Source: Eledone cirrhosa (Eukaryota). From it: DNA of 64,000 nt. Positions 1 through 16,379 of the stretch are shown piece by piece (position 1 is the first letter of the stretch; each line of letters starts with the position of its first letter). The notes under the pieces are model-generated. The model saw only the letters and a program-made list of their open reading frames with translations, ran no database searches and was not told the DNA's origin. The translations under genes and the position numbers were made by a program. The stretch lies in assembly GCA_964016885.1 (NCBI GenBank), contig OZ024761.1, positions 20,336,001-20,400,000 of the forward strand. Reading direction: 5' to 3'.

Positions 1-800
1 CTATAACGCCAAAATGGAAAAATAATTAACGTAAGATGTGGGAAAATAGTTCAAACTCAATTTTTTAAAAATCAAGACAGATTTGTCCACGGTTTTGTGA
101 AATCCAGGGAAAACTCAATAGAGCCTTAATTCTGAATAAAATAAAGTTTAAATACTCATCCTTCAATTTGGAAAAACTACAAATGCTCTATATAGTCTTA
201 AAAAGACTATTTCACGAAACTTTCAGTGGGGATGGTCACGGTTGTAGTCGTTCATCAGTAGAGCTGAAACACAATAACCCTAGTACCACTGCTACATACA
301 TACAATCATATATATATATATATTGTAACCATTTTCTGAATAATGGTCGAACGAGGATTCTGAACTCACCGACGTCACATCTTCACAATGACAAACATGG
401 ACATACAGCATCATTAGTGCAAATATCCATTACCTGGAATCGAAAAGAGAACGCAGACTGTAAAATGCCGGAAAAATACTACAGACTATATTCTCAGACA
501 CTCTACCGTTCCTGGCAGTGCTAGACGTCCTTTAATTATGATAATGAAACACAAGACATTTGTGTCAAATTGTTTTCACCTTTTCAAGTTGTCGTTGACA
601 GTTTGGATTGCTTCTGCGGGAAATATCTTGTCATCATTTCCCCACACCAGGTGAGGCTAGCAGCACTATATATATGAATATATATATATATGAATATATA
701 TATATATGAATATATATATATATGAATATATATATATATGAATATATATGAATATATATATATATGAATATATATGAATATATATATATATGAATATATA

Positions 801-968
<168 letters not shown>

Positions 969-1027
969 ATATATATAAATATGTATATATATGTATATAT
1001 ATATATTTATATATATGTGTGTATATT

Positions 1028-1092
<65 letters not shown>

Positions 1093-1542
1093 ATATATGT
1101 GTATGTTTGTATATATATTTATATATGTATATATATATATGTGTATATATATATATATGTGTGTGTGTATATATGTATATATATATGAGTGTGTGTGTAT
1201 ATATATATGTATGTATGTGTATATATATTTGTATATGTATGTTTGTGTGTATATATATATATGGGGAGTTATGTATTTATATATATATGTGTGTGTGTAT
1301 GTGTATATGTATGTATATATATGTGTGTGTGTATGTCTATGTGTATATATATATGTGTGTGTGTGTGTGTGTAAATGATTCAATTGTGTTTTTCTTATGT
1401 TTTTGTCGTTTTTCTCTTCTCCCTTGACTCTGCCTCTATATTGATCGATAAATCAATTATCTATCATTGTTGTCAATAGATCGACGCCAATTGAAAGTAT
1501 GCTTGTAAAGCCTGGTGTTTCATCTCTCTCTCATCTGCATGG

Positions 1543-1581
<39 letters not shown>

Positions 1582-1585
1582 CATA

Positions 1586-1704
<119 letters not shown>

Positions 1705-1927
1705 ACATGATTATATGTATATACACAGAAACCAGTTATTGAGTGTGACTGTGGCCTGATTACGTTCGTCTTCTTAGTTCCAATAGATTATACATCTATC
1801 TATCTATCTATATATATATATGTATCTGTCTATATATCTATCTCTCTCTCTCCATATATATATAAATATATATATATACATATATATATATACATACATA
1901 TACAAATATATATATACATATATATAC

Positions 1928-2018
<91 letters not shown>

Positions 2019-2095
2019 TATATAGACATATATATACATATATATATATACATATATATACATATCTATATATACATATATACATATGTATATAC

Positions 2096-2154
<59 letters not shown>

Positions 2155-2161
2155 ATATGTA

Positions 2162-2308
<147 letters not shown>

Positions 2309-2330
2309 TATATCTATCTATATCTATGTA

Positions 2331-2430
<100 letters not shown>

Positions 2431-2472
2431 ATATATATGTATATATATATATATATATATATACATATATAC

Positions 2473-2553
<81 letters not shown>

Positions 2554-2833
2554 AAAATATATAAACAGACAAAGACTGGAAAACACATGTATACACAATC
2601 TACAGGTGTTGCAGAACAAGTTGGCAGGCTGTAAGACAGGTAGACAAGGTAATCAGATAAAGAGGTAGGTAGGTAGGTAGGTAGGTAGGTAGGTAGGTAG
2701 GTAGGCAGTTAGGCAAGTGTGCCAAGTCAAACCCATTACTAGAGTAAACTCTTACCAGGCATTATTCTTTTCCTGTTCTACGAAACATTTACGTAAAGGC
2801 AAAAGAAATGTTTCTAGAGTTTAAGAGAGAGAA

Positions 2834-2902
<69 letters not shown>

Positions 2903-3208
2903 GATATATATGATATCAAAAACAAAAACAATACTGACTTGCCTTGCTTCAGTCTAGAAAAATATCAATAGATTATCAATGAAATATCGATTAAAATATT
3001 ATCTAATAGCGAGGAAGCTTGTCTGAATATCATCTTACCGAAGCTACGTAGATGCTGAGTTATAGTAAAGACAGAATCAATCATGGCTACTTTATTTAGA
3101 CATTCCATTATTGAAAGATGTCGTCTGCTTTAAACAAACGTACGTGATGGCAGTAATGGCTGAAGCTATACCTCTTCCGATATATATATATATATGTATA
3201 TATATACG

Positions 3209-3239
<31 letters not shown>

Positions 3240-3249
3240 ATATATATAC

Positions 3250-3320
<71 letters not shown>

Positions 3321-3353
3321 CATATATATGTATATATATATATATATATATAC

Positions 3354-3424
<71 letters not shown>

Positions 3425-3538
3425 TATATATATATGTATATATATATATGTATATATATATGTATGTGTGTATGCGTATATATATTTAAAGAGAGGGACT
3501 TAGAAGACGTATAATATGAAAACATTGTTTGTTTGAGA

Positions 3539-3573
<35 letters not shown>

Positions 3574-4869
3574 TGTGTGTGTGTGTGTGTGTGTGTGTGA
3601 ATGTGTGTGTGTATGTGGTGATGTGCATATGTATTTATATATATCACATGTGTGTGTCATCTATGTGTGATCAAATGCGACCTAAACAGACCTGCTTTTA
3701 CTCAAGGAATTGTTTTTCCTTTCTGGCGCTGCTCACTCTCCTCTTTCTTTCTTCTCCAAGGGGTAGCGTCTGGTAGTTTATTGAGCGACCCCGGGAAGGC
3801 CTAGAATTGCTTGGTACTTTATTTTAGAACGGACTGTAGCTATGTGAAATAAGGTGTCTTGCTCAAGTACACAGTGGACTGGAGCTATGCGAAATAAAGT
3901 ATCTTGCCCCCGCACCAACACATACTAACACCAACACACACACACACGGGCCAGTACACACACACCAACACACATACATACACACACCAACACACACACA
4001 CACGCCAATACATACACACACCAACACATACACACACGCACCAACACACACACACACACCAACACACACACACACGCACCAACACACACACACACGCACC
4101 AACACACACACACAAACCAACACACACCAACACACACACACCAACACACACAAACCAACACACACCAACACACGCCAACACCAACACAAACAAGTTTGTA
4201 GCCAGTTAATAAATTTTAACAATTATAAAAGACCACACTTCTGCTTTTCTAAAATTCATTTTCTTCCTCCTAATAATAAACATTTCTTTTACAATATCTT
4301 CACGTTATAATCTGTAGAATATTGATGTAGAAATGTCTTTTGACGAATATATTTTTTTATGTCTAAGCTACATTCAGACTCCGTGTGATGTATTCACGAG
4401 AAATCAAAATATTTCAGCCAGACATTGAACAGAATTAATTTAGAAGACATAAAATGGTAAAAAATATTTTCTTGGTCTCTGTGATATATTTTTTTAAAAT
4501 TTCTTTAATGTATTACAAAAAAAAAAAAAAAGCTTGCAAAGAAACAAAATATAAATTACGTATCGTTTGCAAGACACGAATTGAATATATTTATTTTTTT
4601 AGCCTACTCTCAAACATCGTGGGATACGAGGTATCAGCTGAGAAGTTCATGGGCTAACTATAAAGAAGTGATGCTAGAGCTGTGAAATATTGCATGTATT
4701 AATTTCAAATTCTTCTTATTAATAATAACTGCAATGTTTCTTTCCATGGGATTATGTAGAAAAATAAACCTCATTTGGTCATTCCATGAGAGTACTTTGG
4801 GAAAAGTCAGACTATGAAGGAGTGATGCTAGAGCTGTGAAGTATTTCATGCATTAATTTCAAACTTCAA

Positions 4870-5040
4870 GGGTGGTGGATTGGCAGTATCGGTAGAGGGT
4901 CGGACGCCATGCTTTCCAGCATAGCTACGTCCCTTTACAGTCTGAGTTCAAATACCGCCGAGGTTAACTTTGCCTTTCATCCATTAAGGTGTCGATAAAA
5001 CAAAGTACCAGTAATGTACTGGGTAATTGCTGGCCTCTAT
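4870..5040 (+). mobile_element. tRNA-derived SINE, family 1 (CORE-like central block)
   Basis: Head GGTGGATTGGCAGTATCGGTAGAG, B-box-like GAGTTCAAATAC, block GCCGAGGTTAACTTTGCCTTTCATCC..GTCGATAAAA..AGTACCAG. Homologous copies at 7060, 54060, 54257 and 59203. Confidence 0.8.
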
Positions 5041-5226
5041 GCGTCGAAGCATGGCGTCCGACCCTCTACCGATACTGCCAATCCACCATAATAATAATAA
5101 TACAGTAATGTTTCCCTATAGTTATGTGTTGGTAGTTGCTACTTAAGAGTTTTACAATAGAATCAATGTTGGAAGAGGCACACCTTGTCAGACGTCTATA
5201 TTCCGTTAATAATAAATATCAAAAAT

Positions 5227-5260
<34 letters not shown>

Positions 5261-5261
5261 A

Positions 5262-5292
<31 letters not shown>

Positions 5293-5982
5293 TGTATGTG
5301 TGTGTATGTGTGTGTGTATGTGTACACATATTTCTAGCACCCTCCCTCCCTCTCTTTCTCTCTCGCTCACTCTCTCTATCTCTCTCCTTTGCTCTCTCTC
5401 CCTCTATCTCCTTCGCCCTCTCTCTCTCTCTCTCTGTTTCCCTCTCTCTCCCCCTCTCGCCCCCTCTCTCTCCCACACTCCCTAATTTTCGATACAAAAT
5501 TCTGGCCTTGTATCAACGAGGGGAGAACACGAGATGATTGTAGTGAAGAAGAAGAAGAAGAAGAAGAAGAAGAAGAAGAAGAAGAAGAAGAAGATACGAA
5601 ATACAAAAAAAACTTAAACATTACAAATACAATAATAATAATAATTGGTACCTCTTCACATTTATCTCACGTTACAGAGTTCGAATTTCATTTGTACTGA
5701 TCTTGTCTAGCGTTCATTGGTTGCAGCCATTTTGAAATTGATAGCAGAACAAACAACAAACAACGTGAGAAACAAGATGGAGGAAATATAGAAATCGATA
5801 AACCGGAAGTGGATTTGGTACATTTTCCCCCCGATTCATGTGAAATATGTTCACTTTCAATATCGAATTTATCATCAAAATCTATGTAATGTTGCATAAT
5901 AACGAAAATCGATATGTGTATAAATGTATATATATATATGTATGTATATGTATATAAATATATTTACATATGTATATAAATA

Positions 5983-6069
<87 letters not shown>

Positions 6070-6175
6070 ATATATATATATGTATACACACACATATATA
6101 TATATATATGTATATGTATATATATATGTATATATATGTATATATATATATATATATATATAAATATATATGTAT

Positions 6176-6307
<132 letters not shown>

Positions 6308-6588
6308 ATACATTTATGCGTGTTTGTATATACTTGTATAAATGTGTTTATAGGTGTGTGTACATATGTGTATATATGTATATATTTATTCATTTATATA
6401 TGTATGTAAGTTATGTAAAATTAACATTACACTCACACGAACAAGTATGTATATATATATATAATATGTGTGTATGTGTGTGTTGTGTGTATTATGTAAT
6501 ATATCATGTAATGTAATACGTAATAACAAAATTATATACATGCGCACTCATACACACAAACACGCATATGTTTATATTTTTATGTTTT

Positions 6589-6630
<42 letters not shown>

Positions 6631-6959
6631 TGTGTGAAGTCTAAAACACATTGCGTGTTAAGTGATTGCGCGTATATATGTGTGTATATATGTGTGTATA
6701 TATATGTATATATGTAAGTATATATCTACCTATATACATACACACATATGTGTTGTTTTGTGGTTAAGCAGCATCTGTCAAATGGTCGCATTTTAATGGC
6801 TGAGAATGCGATTAAAACTGGTTCCGACATAAAGAGACAAGCTCTGACCATCGACTGCATTCTGCTGTACATTGAAACAATCTAAACCAGGGGTTCTCAA
6901 TATGGGCGCAATATTGGTGGGTGAGAAGGTCCACTGGGGCGCTAGAGATGATATAATAG

Positions 6960-7610
6960 TATATTAAATATCAAATAATACATATATATATAAATATTGT
7001 AAAATAAATATCAAATAATACATATTATATATAAATATAGTAAAATAAATATCAAATAATTGTTTCTACTTTAGGCACAAGGCCAGCACCTACCCAGTGC
7101 ATTACTGGTACTTTATTTTATCGACCCTGTAAGGATGAAAGGCAAAGTCAACCTCGGCGGGATTAATATCAAATAAAACATTATATATAATAAAATAAAT
7201 ATCAAATAATACATATTATATATAAATATAGTAAAATAAATATCAAATAATACATATTATATATAAATATAGTAAAATAAATATCAAATAATACATATTA
7301 TATATAAATATAGTAAAATAAATATCAAATAATACATATTATATATAAATATAGTAAAATAAATATCAAATAATATATATTATATATAAATATAGTAAAA
7401 TAAATATCAAATAGTACATATTATATATAAATATAGTAAAATAAATATCAAATAGTACATATTATATATAAATATAGTAAAATAAATATCAAATAGTACA
7501 TATTATATATAAATATAGTAAAATAAATATCAAATAGTACATATTATATATAAATATAGTAAAATAAATATCAAATAATACATATTATATATAAATATAG
7601 TAAAATATAA
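6960..7610. repeat. 41-bp AT-rich minisatellite
   Basis: Unit AAATAAATATCAAATAATACATATTATATATAAATATAGTA, about 12 copies, interrupted at 7060-7164. Confidence 0.9.
7060..7164 (-). mobile_element. SINE family 1 fragment
   Basis: Reverse complement of the CORE-like block of the 4870 SINE. Confidence 0.75.
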
Positions 7611-8055
7611 AATATATAATATTTATTTATACAAAGTATATATTACGTTACTTATTATATATATATTAACGATTTTATTTATTATATATCATTTTCAATT
7701 TACAGGTAGGCAGGTATCTCTGGAAATAGGGTTGGGGGGACTGAGGGTATTACCTGGCCGTGAGGGGGACCAAAGAGGTTTCAAAACCTCTGATATATAC
7801 CCTGAAAGAACCAGCCCGAAACCAACTAGGCTGAGGACAGCCACCGAAATTCTTTGTATATATGTATATATATATATATCCAGGAATATATATATATATA
7901 CATACATATATATATATACGTACACTACAGAGATCCGAAGAGCTTTTGATTCCAGAGTCGGGACAGATTGAAACAGATCGAACCTTTAGCTGATCAATAT
8001 CGAAACGCATGTTACCAATCAATAAACGTAATGAAGGAGTAACCATTCGTCCTTG

Positions 8056-8105
<50 letters not shown>

Positions 8106-8282
8106 AATGAATAAAAACAAAGAAACAGTTCCTTATATTAAAAAATTCATCATTTTACGATCGTTTCTAGGATATATATGTGTGTGTTGGTATGTATATC
8201 ATAGAGATCTATGTAAACACTTTACAAACTATCAGAGGGAATATACATACCTACACATATATATGCTGTCTTCAGAAATAAA

Positions 8283-8413
<131 letters not shown>

Positions 8414-8609
8414 TATTTACGTATCGAGAGAGAGAAAAAAAGGAGGGATAGGGGATACATGTAGTTATTTGCCAAGTAGCGTATGCAGAAGGTGCTCAAT
8501 ACTAGTGCCGGCAGTATTAAATATTAGAAGTGTTAATATTTAGTGGGCGAGAGAGTTAGCAGAGTGTAAGCAAGTGGAAAAGTAAGAAATCGGAGAACAG
8601 ACCGTTAAT

Positions 8610-8815
8610 ACATGTTTATTCAAAACATCACCTACGTACGTTTCGCCCGGTTGGGCTTCTCAAGGACATAAATAACCAAAAGTGTTCCTTAGATGGCCCG
8701 GAAAGTATTTTTGAGGGTAAGTTCACGTCATAGTTCATTCTTCGCAAAAAAAAACGAGAGAATAGGATGACCGTGGAGGTGCTAGTTAGGGTAGCCTTAA
8801 ATAAAATAAAAAAGG
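8610..8815 (-). repeat. Dispersed repeat abutting (GAA)n, with a variant hammerhead-like motif
   Basis: Second copy at 26150-26320, also abutting (GAA)n. Minus strand 8631-8665 reads CC-UUGAGAA-GCCC aacc GGGC-GAAA-CGUACG-UA-GG. Confidence 0.6.
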
Positions 8816-9518
8816 AAGAAGAAGAAGAAGAAGAAGAAGAAGAAGAAGAAGAAGAAGAAGAAGAAGAAGAAGAAGAAGAAGAAGAAGAAGAAGAAGAAGA
8901 TACAATCTATGTATTATATGAATATATACACTGCAAGGTACTTATGTTATCAATCCATTCTCTCAACATTCAACTTCGATGGAGTTCCAATCAGAATCTT
9001 CAGAATACTGGACATTACTTAAAAGAGCGCCAGGTCTAATGTCCACTTTATCGATCTCTTCTTCCACTACAACCAAGACCACAGCCACCACACCCACCCA
9101 CCACTACCATAGCCACTTCTATGACCACCACCACCACCACCACCCCAAGCTAACACCACATCCCCCCCCCCTCTCCCCACCACCACCACCGCCACCACTT
9201 TCTTAATTCTATTGTCTTTCTTATAATTAACAATAGATGAAACAACAGCTGCGCACTTAAGATAATAACTGTGGAATAGGAGTAAAACTAACACACACAC
9301 ACACATATATATATACATATACACACATACACACAGACACACATATATATACACACCCACACACACACATATATATATACATATACACACATACACACAG
9401 ACACACATATATATATACACACCCACACACACACATATATATATATATATATACATATACACACAGACACATATATATATACATATACACACAGACACAC
9501 ATATATATATATATATAT

Positions 9519-9612
<94 letters not shown>

Positions 9613-9794
9613 GATTTGTAAGGAAGCTAAAAAAATGTCTTTCTTCCGTTTCTTCTTTTTCGTTTCGGGGGGGGGGGGGAGAAGGGAGGGGGAGTTATTT
9701 TCTTTTTTTTTTATTTATTTGTTAATATTACCTTTTTGTTTTATCTTCATCATCATCATCATCATCATCCTCATCATCATCATCATTATCATTA

Positions 9795-9829
<35 letters not shown>

Positions 9830-10157
9830 GTAATTATTATTGTTATTATTTAATGGTTTATTCAATTAAGTTATCTCTTTCATATATCTCTTCTCCGGTA
9901 AAAGATCGTTAAGTTTGTAGAGTCGGTTTCCATGAGAGCAGAAGAGGTGATAAGCGCTAAGTTACGGTACGTTTCGTCTACGACAGTGTTTTTAGTATGC
10001 CCCCTAGAAATATCCCGCTCAATATGGCGGCTATAGGAATTAAGGGGAAAAAGAGCTACAATGACTATATATATATATGTTTTGTTTTCTTTCTCCTATT
10101 TCTCACTCACTTCTTACCTCGAGATTTCCCATCTGCATTGTTGTGGCTTTCTAAACT

Positions 10158-10234
<77 letters not shown>

Positions 10235-10395
10235 TATGTGTGTGTGTGTGTGTATGTGTGTGTATATATATATATATAAATGAAGGGTATAGAAAGTATT
10301 GCAGCGAGAAGCCAACAGTATTCCATAATATATATATATATATATATAGTTCCTTATGTCTATATGTCTGTAGGCATATACATACACATACATAG

Positions 10396-10483
<88 letters not shown>

Positions 10484-10604
10484 TATGTATGTGTACGTAT
10501 ATGCCTAGAGATATATAGACTTATGGAACTATATATATATATATATATATACGTATGCTTTTACACATATATATATATATATATATATATACGTATGCTT
10601 TTAC

Positions 10605-10646
<42 letters not shown>

Positions 10647-11027
10647 GTACATATATTTATATCCATATATCCATATATGTGTGTGTATGTCAGTGTGTCT
10701 GTGTGTGTGGTTGTGCGTGTGTCAGTGTGTGTGTGTGTGTGCGTGTCAGTGTGTGTGTCAGTGTGTGTGTCAATGTGTGTGTGTCAGTGTGTGTGTGTAA
10801 AGAGTAAAAGAGAGTGTGTGTGTGTGTGTGTGTAAGAAAGATGATAACATTAATGTGGCATATTAGTTTACGTAACTGTTAGTGGTAGAGAGAGAGGGGG
10901 AGTGGGAGAGAGAGGGAGAAGGATAGATAGAGAGAGAGAGAGTGAGAGAGAGCGAGGGAAAGAGGGAGTAAGGGAGACAGACAGATGGATAGAGAGAGAG
11001 GGAGGGAGAGTGATAGATACAGACAGC

Positions 11028-11124
<97 letters not shown>

Positions 11125-11411
11125 TGCATGAAAATATATATATATATATGTATGTATATATATATATATATCAAGCGGAAAGGAGATATTATAAACGGAG
11201 TATCAGAGTGAAGTGAAACAACTCAAAATGGCGGTTTTAATTTCATGACTTCCAGTATATAGCGAAGGAAAAAAAATACAAGATGGCTGAAAAAGAATGA
11301 AAGGAGCTTTTGGCGATTGGAATAAAAGTAAATATTTGAGACTGAAAGACGGAATGGAAAAGAAAAAAAGTGAAGAATAAAAGAAAGAAAAAGAATGAAA
11401 AATTATCGATA

Positions 11412-11497
<86 letters not shown>

Positions 11498-11549
11498 ACA
11501 TTAATACAGTATAGTACTCGCATACACCAATATACACTGTATATTTGTG

Positions 11550-11581
<32 letters not shown>

Positions 11582-11591
11582 CATATATATA

Positions 11592-11674
<83 letters not shown>

Positions 11675-11698
11675 TATATACATATACACACACACACT

Positions 11699-11767
<69 letters not shown>

Positions 11768-11778
11768 TATATATACAT

Positions 11779-11864
<86 letters not shown>

Positions 11865-12218
11865 GCATGCATACATATATAAATATATTTGTTTTTGAAG
11901 AACCATTTCTGTATATCTTTTGAAGTGGCACAATCGGTAGAGCGTCGGACAAAATGGCATGTTACATTGGTCGAACACCTAGATCGCTCTTCGTCGAAAC
12001 TGATGGATGTCCATTCTATCTAAATATATTCACTTCGTTATACCTTCGTGTTAAAATCATTAAATTATGCGTCCATCTACTTAGTGAAGTAGTAACATCT
12101 CTCTCTCTCTCTCCCCCCGTCTCTCTCTCTCTCTCTCTCTCAGTAGTATAATGTATATATAAATGTATATATATATAATGTATATATATAAATATATATA
12201 TATATGTATATATATATA

Positions 12219-12283
<65 letters not shown>

Positions 12284-12353
12284 CATATATGTATATATAT
12301 AATATACATATATATATATATAATATACATACATATACATATATATATATATA

Positions 12354-12399
<46 letters not shown>

Positions 12400-13124
12400 A
12401 TATATACATATATATATATATACATATATATATATACAATATATGCATATATAATATATATATATACATATATACATATATACACACACAACACACACAA
12501 CAGTTAGCAAATCCTGCAGACGTCAAAAACGAGCAAAAATAAAAAATATAAAATATTTTCTTTTAGAAATATTTTTCTTTTTAAAGCGGGATTTTTTGGG
12601 GTTTTTCTTAGTTTTTTTGACAATTTTATATATTTTGGTCTTATTTTGTTTTTTAATTCTCCGTCTGAAGGTGAACGGTGGTAAATCATTAAGGAAGAAA
12701 TATAGAGATGTCTGTATATGTATGTGTGTGTGTCTATGTATGTGTGTGTATGTATATGTGTGTGTATGTATGTATGTGTGTGTGTATGTATATGTGTGTG
12801 TATATATGTATGTGCGTATGTGTGTGTGTATGTATATGTGTGTGTATGTATGTGTGCGTATGTATGTGTGTGTGTGTATGTATATGTGTGTGTATGTGTG
12901 TATGTATGTGTGTGTGTGTGTATGTATATGTGTATATGCGTTTCTGTGTTTGTGCATGTGTGTGTAAGAATATATATTTACATACATATATACATATATA
13001 TGTACATATACGTACACATATACATATATTCATATATATATATATATACACATACATATATAAATAGATAGATAGATAGATACATCCATATATACATATA
13101 TATAGATACATATATATACATATG

Positions 13125-13157
<33 letters not shown>

Positions 13158-13233
13158 GCATACATATATATATATATACATATATATATGTATATATATA
13201 TATATGCATACATATATATATATACATATATAC

Positions 13234-13264
<31 letters not shown>

Positions 13265-13794
13265 CATATATACATATATACATATATATATATATACATA
13301 CATACATACATATATATATAGTATGATAGGTTTATTAGTTAATAGCGGTTATTTCGTCTTTTTACTACTACCACCACTACTACTACTATTACTACCACCA
13401 CCACCACCACCACTACCACTACCACCACCACAACCACTACTACTACCACCACCACCACCACCACCACCACCACTACCACCACCACCACCGCCACCACTAC
13501 TACTACTACCACCACCACCACCACTACCACCTTCACTACTACTATTTCTAATATTATGATTGAGAAAGAATCTCCAGATAGGAAATAAAAGCGGTGAATG
13601 CGTTATAATGAGTGAGACGGGGAGTTGTAATGGGAGGTAAGAAGAGAGAGAAAGGTGAAGTAAGTAGACCACGTGACCTGTAAGTATCTCTGTTAAAGAC
13701 TGAAAGAATTAGTCTTCAGAATGTCTATAAAAGGAATGTCTCAAAGAAATAAAACTAAAAGGTAAATATCGTCTGATCTGATCAAGGAAGTTAT

Positions 13795-14290
13795 ATTTCC
13801 ATTGTTGGTACTATCTGTCGGTCATAACTCCTGATAGAACCAATGTAAGGAATTAGCCATCAGATAAGACCCAGGTTTCCCTTGGTCTTCCCATTGTTGA
13901 TACTATCTGTCGGTCATAACTCCTGATAGAACCAATGTAAGGAATTAGCCATCAGATAAGACGAATGTTTCCATTGGTCTTTCCATGGTTGATACTATCT
14001 GTCGGTCATAACTCCTAGTAGAACAAAAGTAAGGAATTAGCCATCAGATAAGACCCAGGTTTGCAGTGGTCTTTCCATTGTTGGTACTATCTGTTGGTCA
14101 TAACTCCTGGCAGAATAAAAGTAAGGAGTTAGCCAACAGATAAGACCCAGGTTTCCATTGTTGATACTATCTGTCAGCCATAACTCCTGACAAAAGTAAG
14201 GGAATTAGAAAGGAGCCCAAACTTGAGATGGAACCAAGTAAAATATGTTACCCTTCGTCTTCCTATTGGTGAAAGTGTCTGTCGGTCTCA
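13795..14290. repeat. About 92-bp tandem repeat, about 5 copies
   Basis: TTCCATTGTTGRTACTATCTGTCGGTCATAACTCCTG recurs at about 13797, 13888, 13981, 14073 and 14153. A related monomer lies near 59535. Confidence 0.85.
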
Positions 14291-14509
14291 ACTGGGAGCC
14301 AATCAAATATATATATACATATATATGTGTGTGTGTGTGTGCGTGTGTGTCTGGAATGCTCGGCCACTTTCGCAATAATACACCACCCTAATTTACCACC
14401 ATTTAATAGTAGAGTCTGCGGGGAGGGAGGTTACTTATCTACAACATTAAAATATGACATTTTAAAAAGATGTCTCTTGTTTGTTCACACACAACATATA
14501 CAGACCTGA

Positions 14510-14547
<38 letters not shown>

Positions 14548-14565
14548 GTACACACACTCATGCAT

Positions 14566-14620
<55 letters not shown>

Positions 14621-14662
14621 CACACACACATATATATGTACACACGCACACATATTTATATG

Positions 14663-14764
<102 letters not shown>

Positions 14765-15388
14765 CAAATTTTAGTACAGCATCAACGAAGCTTTTGGCGG
14801 CGGCCAAGCTAACGAATGCAGATTCGGAATGCAGCTTAGCACTCGATGGAGAATAATACCCCAGAGTTATAACAATACGTTTAGACAGCTTTGCAAATCA
14901 AATATAGCGACCGGTAGTCTGGCCGCATTGCCATAGCAACGAAAAAAACTGAACTCAGGAAAAGATTTTGACTGACCTGGACCATCGAATGGACATCGAA
15001 TGCAACACATAACGCATAACGTATAGCATACGATATACATCGCATATAACATACAACATCCACACTAGGTTTCCGTAAATCCGAGATCGACTAATTCCGC
15101 TTGCAAGAGTCTGCAAGTTAATGGCCTTTGACGACAGAACAAAGGATTTACTTCGTCAACAAGTCTTGCTTTCTATAGCCTCGACGGGTGTGTTTTCTAG
15201 CAGTAATTTTCTCTATAGACACGTGGTTTTCCCAAAGGGAGGTAACCGCCGTTTTGGCGGTCAATTCGAAATTTGGGACCGTTAAGGTTGGAGCTTCCTG
15301 GAGAGTTGGAGCTTCTATCCAGGAAGCTCCAACCGTTAAGGTTGTCTTTTTTCCGGGTAGGTCAATATTTATTTATAAAACAAATCTG

Positions 15389-15454
15389 TATTTTATCTGA
15401 TGAAAGCGCACCATAATTTGCCTTGGTGGCCCATGAAATATGTATAATAAAATA
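15389..15454 (+). ncRNA. Minimal type I hammerhead ribozyme motif
   Basis: TATTTTAT-CTGATGA-stem II (CACCA/TGGTG)-GAAA-T ATGT A-TA-ATAAAATA; 8-bp stem I. Confidence 0.7.
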
Positions 15455-15584
15455 AATATGGTTTTATAAATATAGTTTCCATTTATTAATATATTGTGTA
15501 TTTACTCCACTAACTGTTGAGTGCTTTATATCAGTTATAAAAATGTTTAAGCTTGTTGAATCCCAACAAATTAAATATAACCTC

Positions 15585-15674
<90 letters not shown>

Positions 15675-15995
15675 GTGAGTGAGTGAGAGAGAGAGAACGT
15701 GATGCGTGTTTTATAACCTGAAAATCACCTTTACACCCCACCCTCCACCCATTCCACTCTCCAGTCTTTCAATTTTTTCTCCTTCATCTCTTCTACCTGT
15801 TAATCCTCTCCCCCACCACCCTGTCTGTTACTCTCTCTCTTTCTCTCTCTTTCTTTCTTTTCCTTTCTCTTTCTTTCTCTCTCTCTATCTATCTCCCTAT
15901 GTATCTATCTATCTACTTATTTATCGAACTCTCTATCAATCTCTCTATCTCTCTATATATCTAAATATCTATCTATCTATCTATCTATCTATATA

Positions 15996-16071
15996 ACACG
16001 TTTTTATTGTATGTAAACTTCCCCCTTTGTATTTGTCCCCTTCTTTTGTGCCCCTGTGGCTAATAAAGAAA
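15996..16071 (+). mobile_element. Truncated 3' end of a Tx1-family LINE (fragment 1)
   Basis: Matches the 3'UTR end of the full element (TGTAAACT..CCCTTTGTA..TGCCC..GTGGC.AATAAA), followed by ATATCTAT. Confidence 0.85.
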
Positions 16072-16075
16072 TATA

Positions 16076-16120
<45 letters not shown>

Positions 16121-16125
<5 letters not shown>

Positions 16126-16379
16126 GGGTGAAAGTGGCGAGAATGGCCCGAGTGAATGGGCCTTCTCTCTATATCAGCCTGTAGGTTGAGGAAAAAGAGG
16201 AAGAGAGGAAGGGGTACTCACTCTTCGTACTCCTGGGGATGAGGGTTGCACATTTTTTCGGGGAAAATCGATTAATTTTTAAATTGCATTTGTGATAGTA
16301 TTTTAACTGTTTTTGTTGTATGTAAACTTCCCCTTTGTATTTGTCCCCTTCTTTTGTGCCCCTGTGGCTAATAAAGAAA
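16121..16379 (+). mobile_element. Truncated 3' end of a Tx1-family LINE (fragment 2)
   Basis: Encodes RWVKVARMARVNGPSLYISL*, nearly identical to the ORF2 C-terminus, plus 3'UTR and AATAAA, then (TATC)n. Confidence 0.9.

Larger units (their letters stand above)
6888..7792. mobile_element. hAT-like MITE carrying a 41-bp minisatellite and a SINE fragment
   Basis: Termini CAGGGGTTCTCAA ... TTCAAAACCTCTG (imperfect TIRs). Flanks ATCTAAAC / ATATATAC give a 6/8 match to an 8-bp TSD. Confidence 0.55.

Noticed and set aside
215-262. CTGATGA...GAAA on the minus strand
   Set aside because: No stem II or stem I pairing; likely chance. CTGATGA at about 50007 and 63198 rejected likewise.
168-524. 118-aa ORF at the window start
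   Set aside because: Non-ATG start, includes a TA run, no recognisable motif or splice context.
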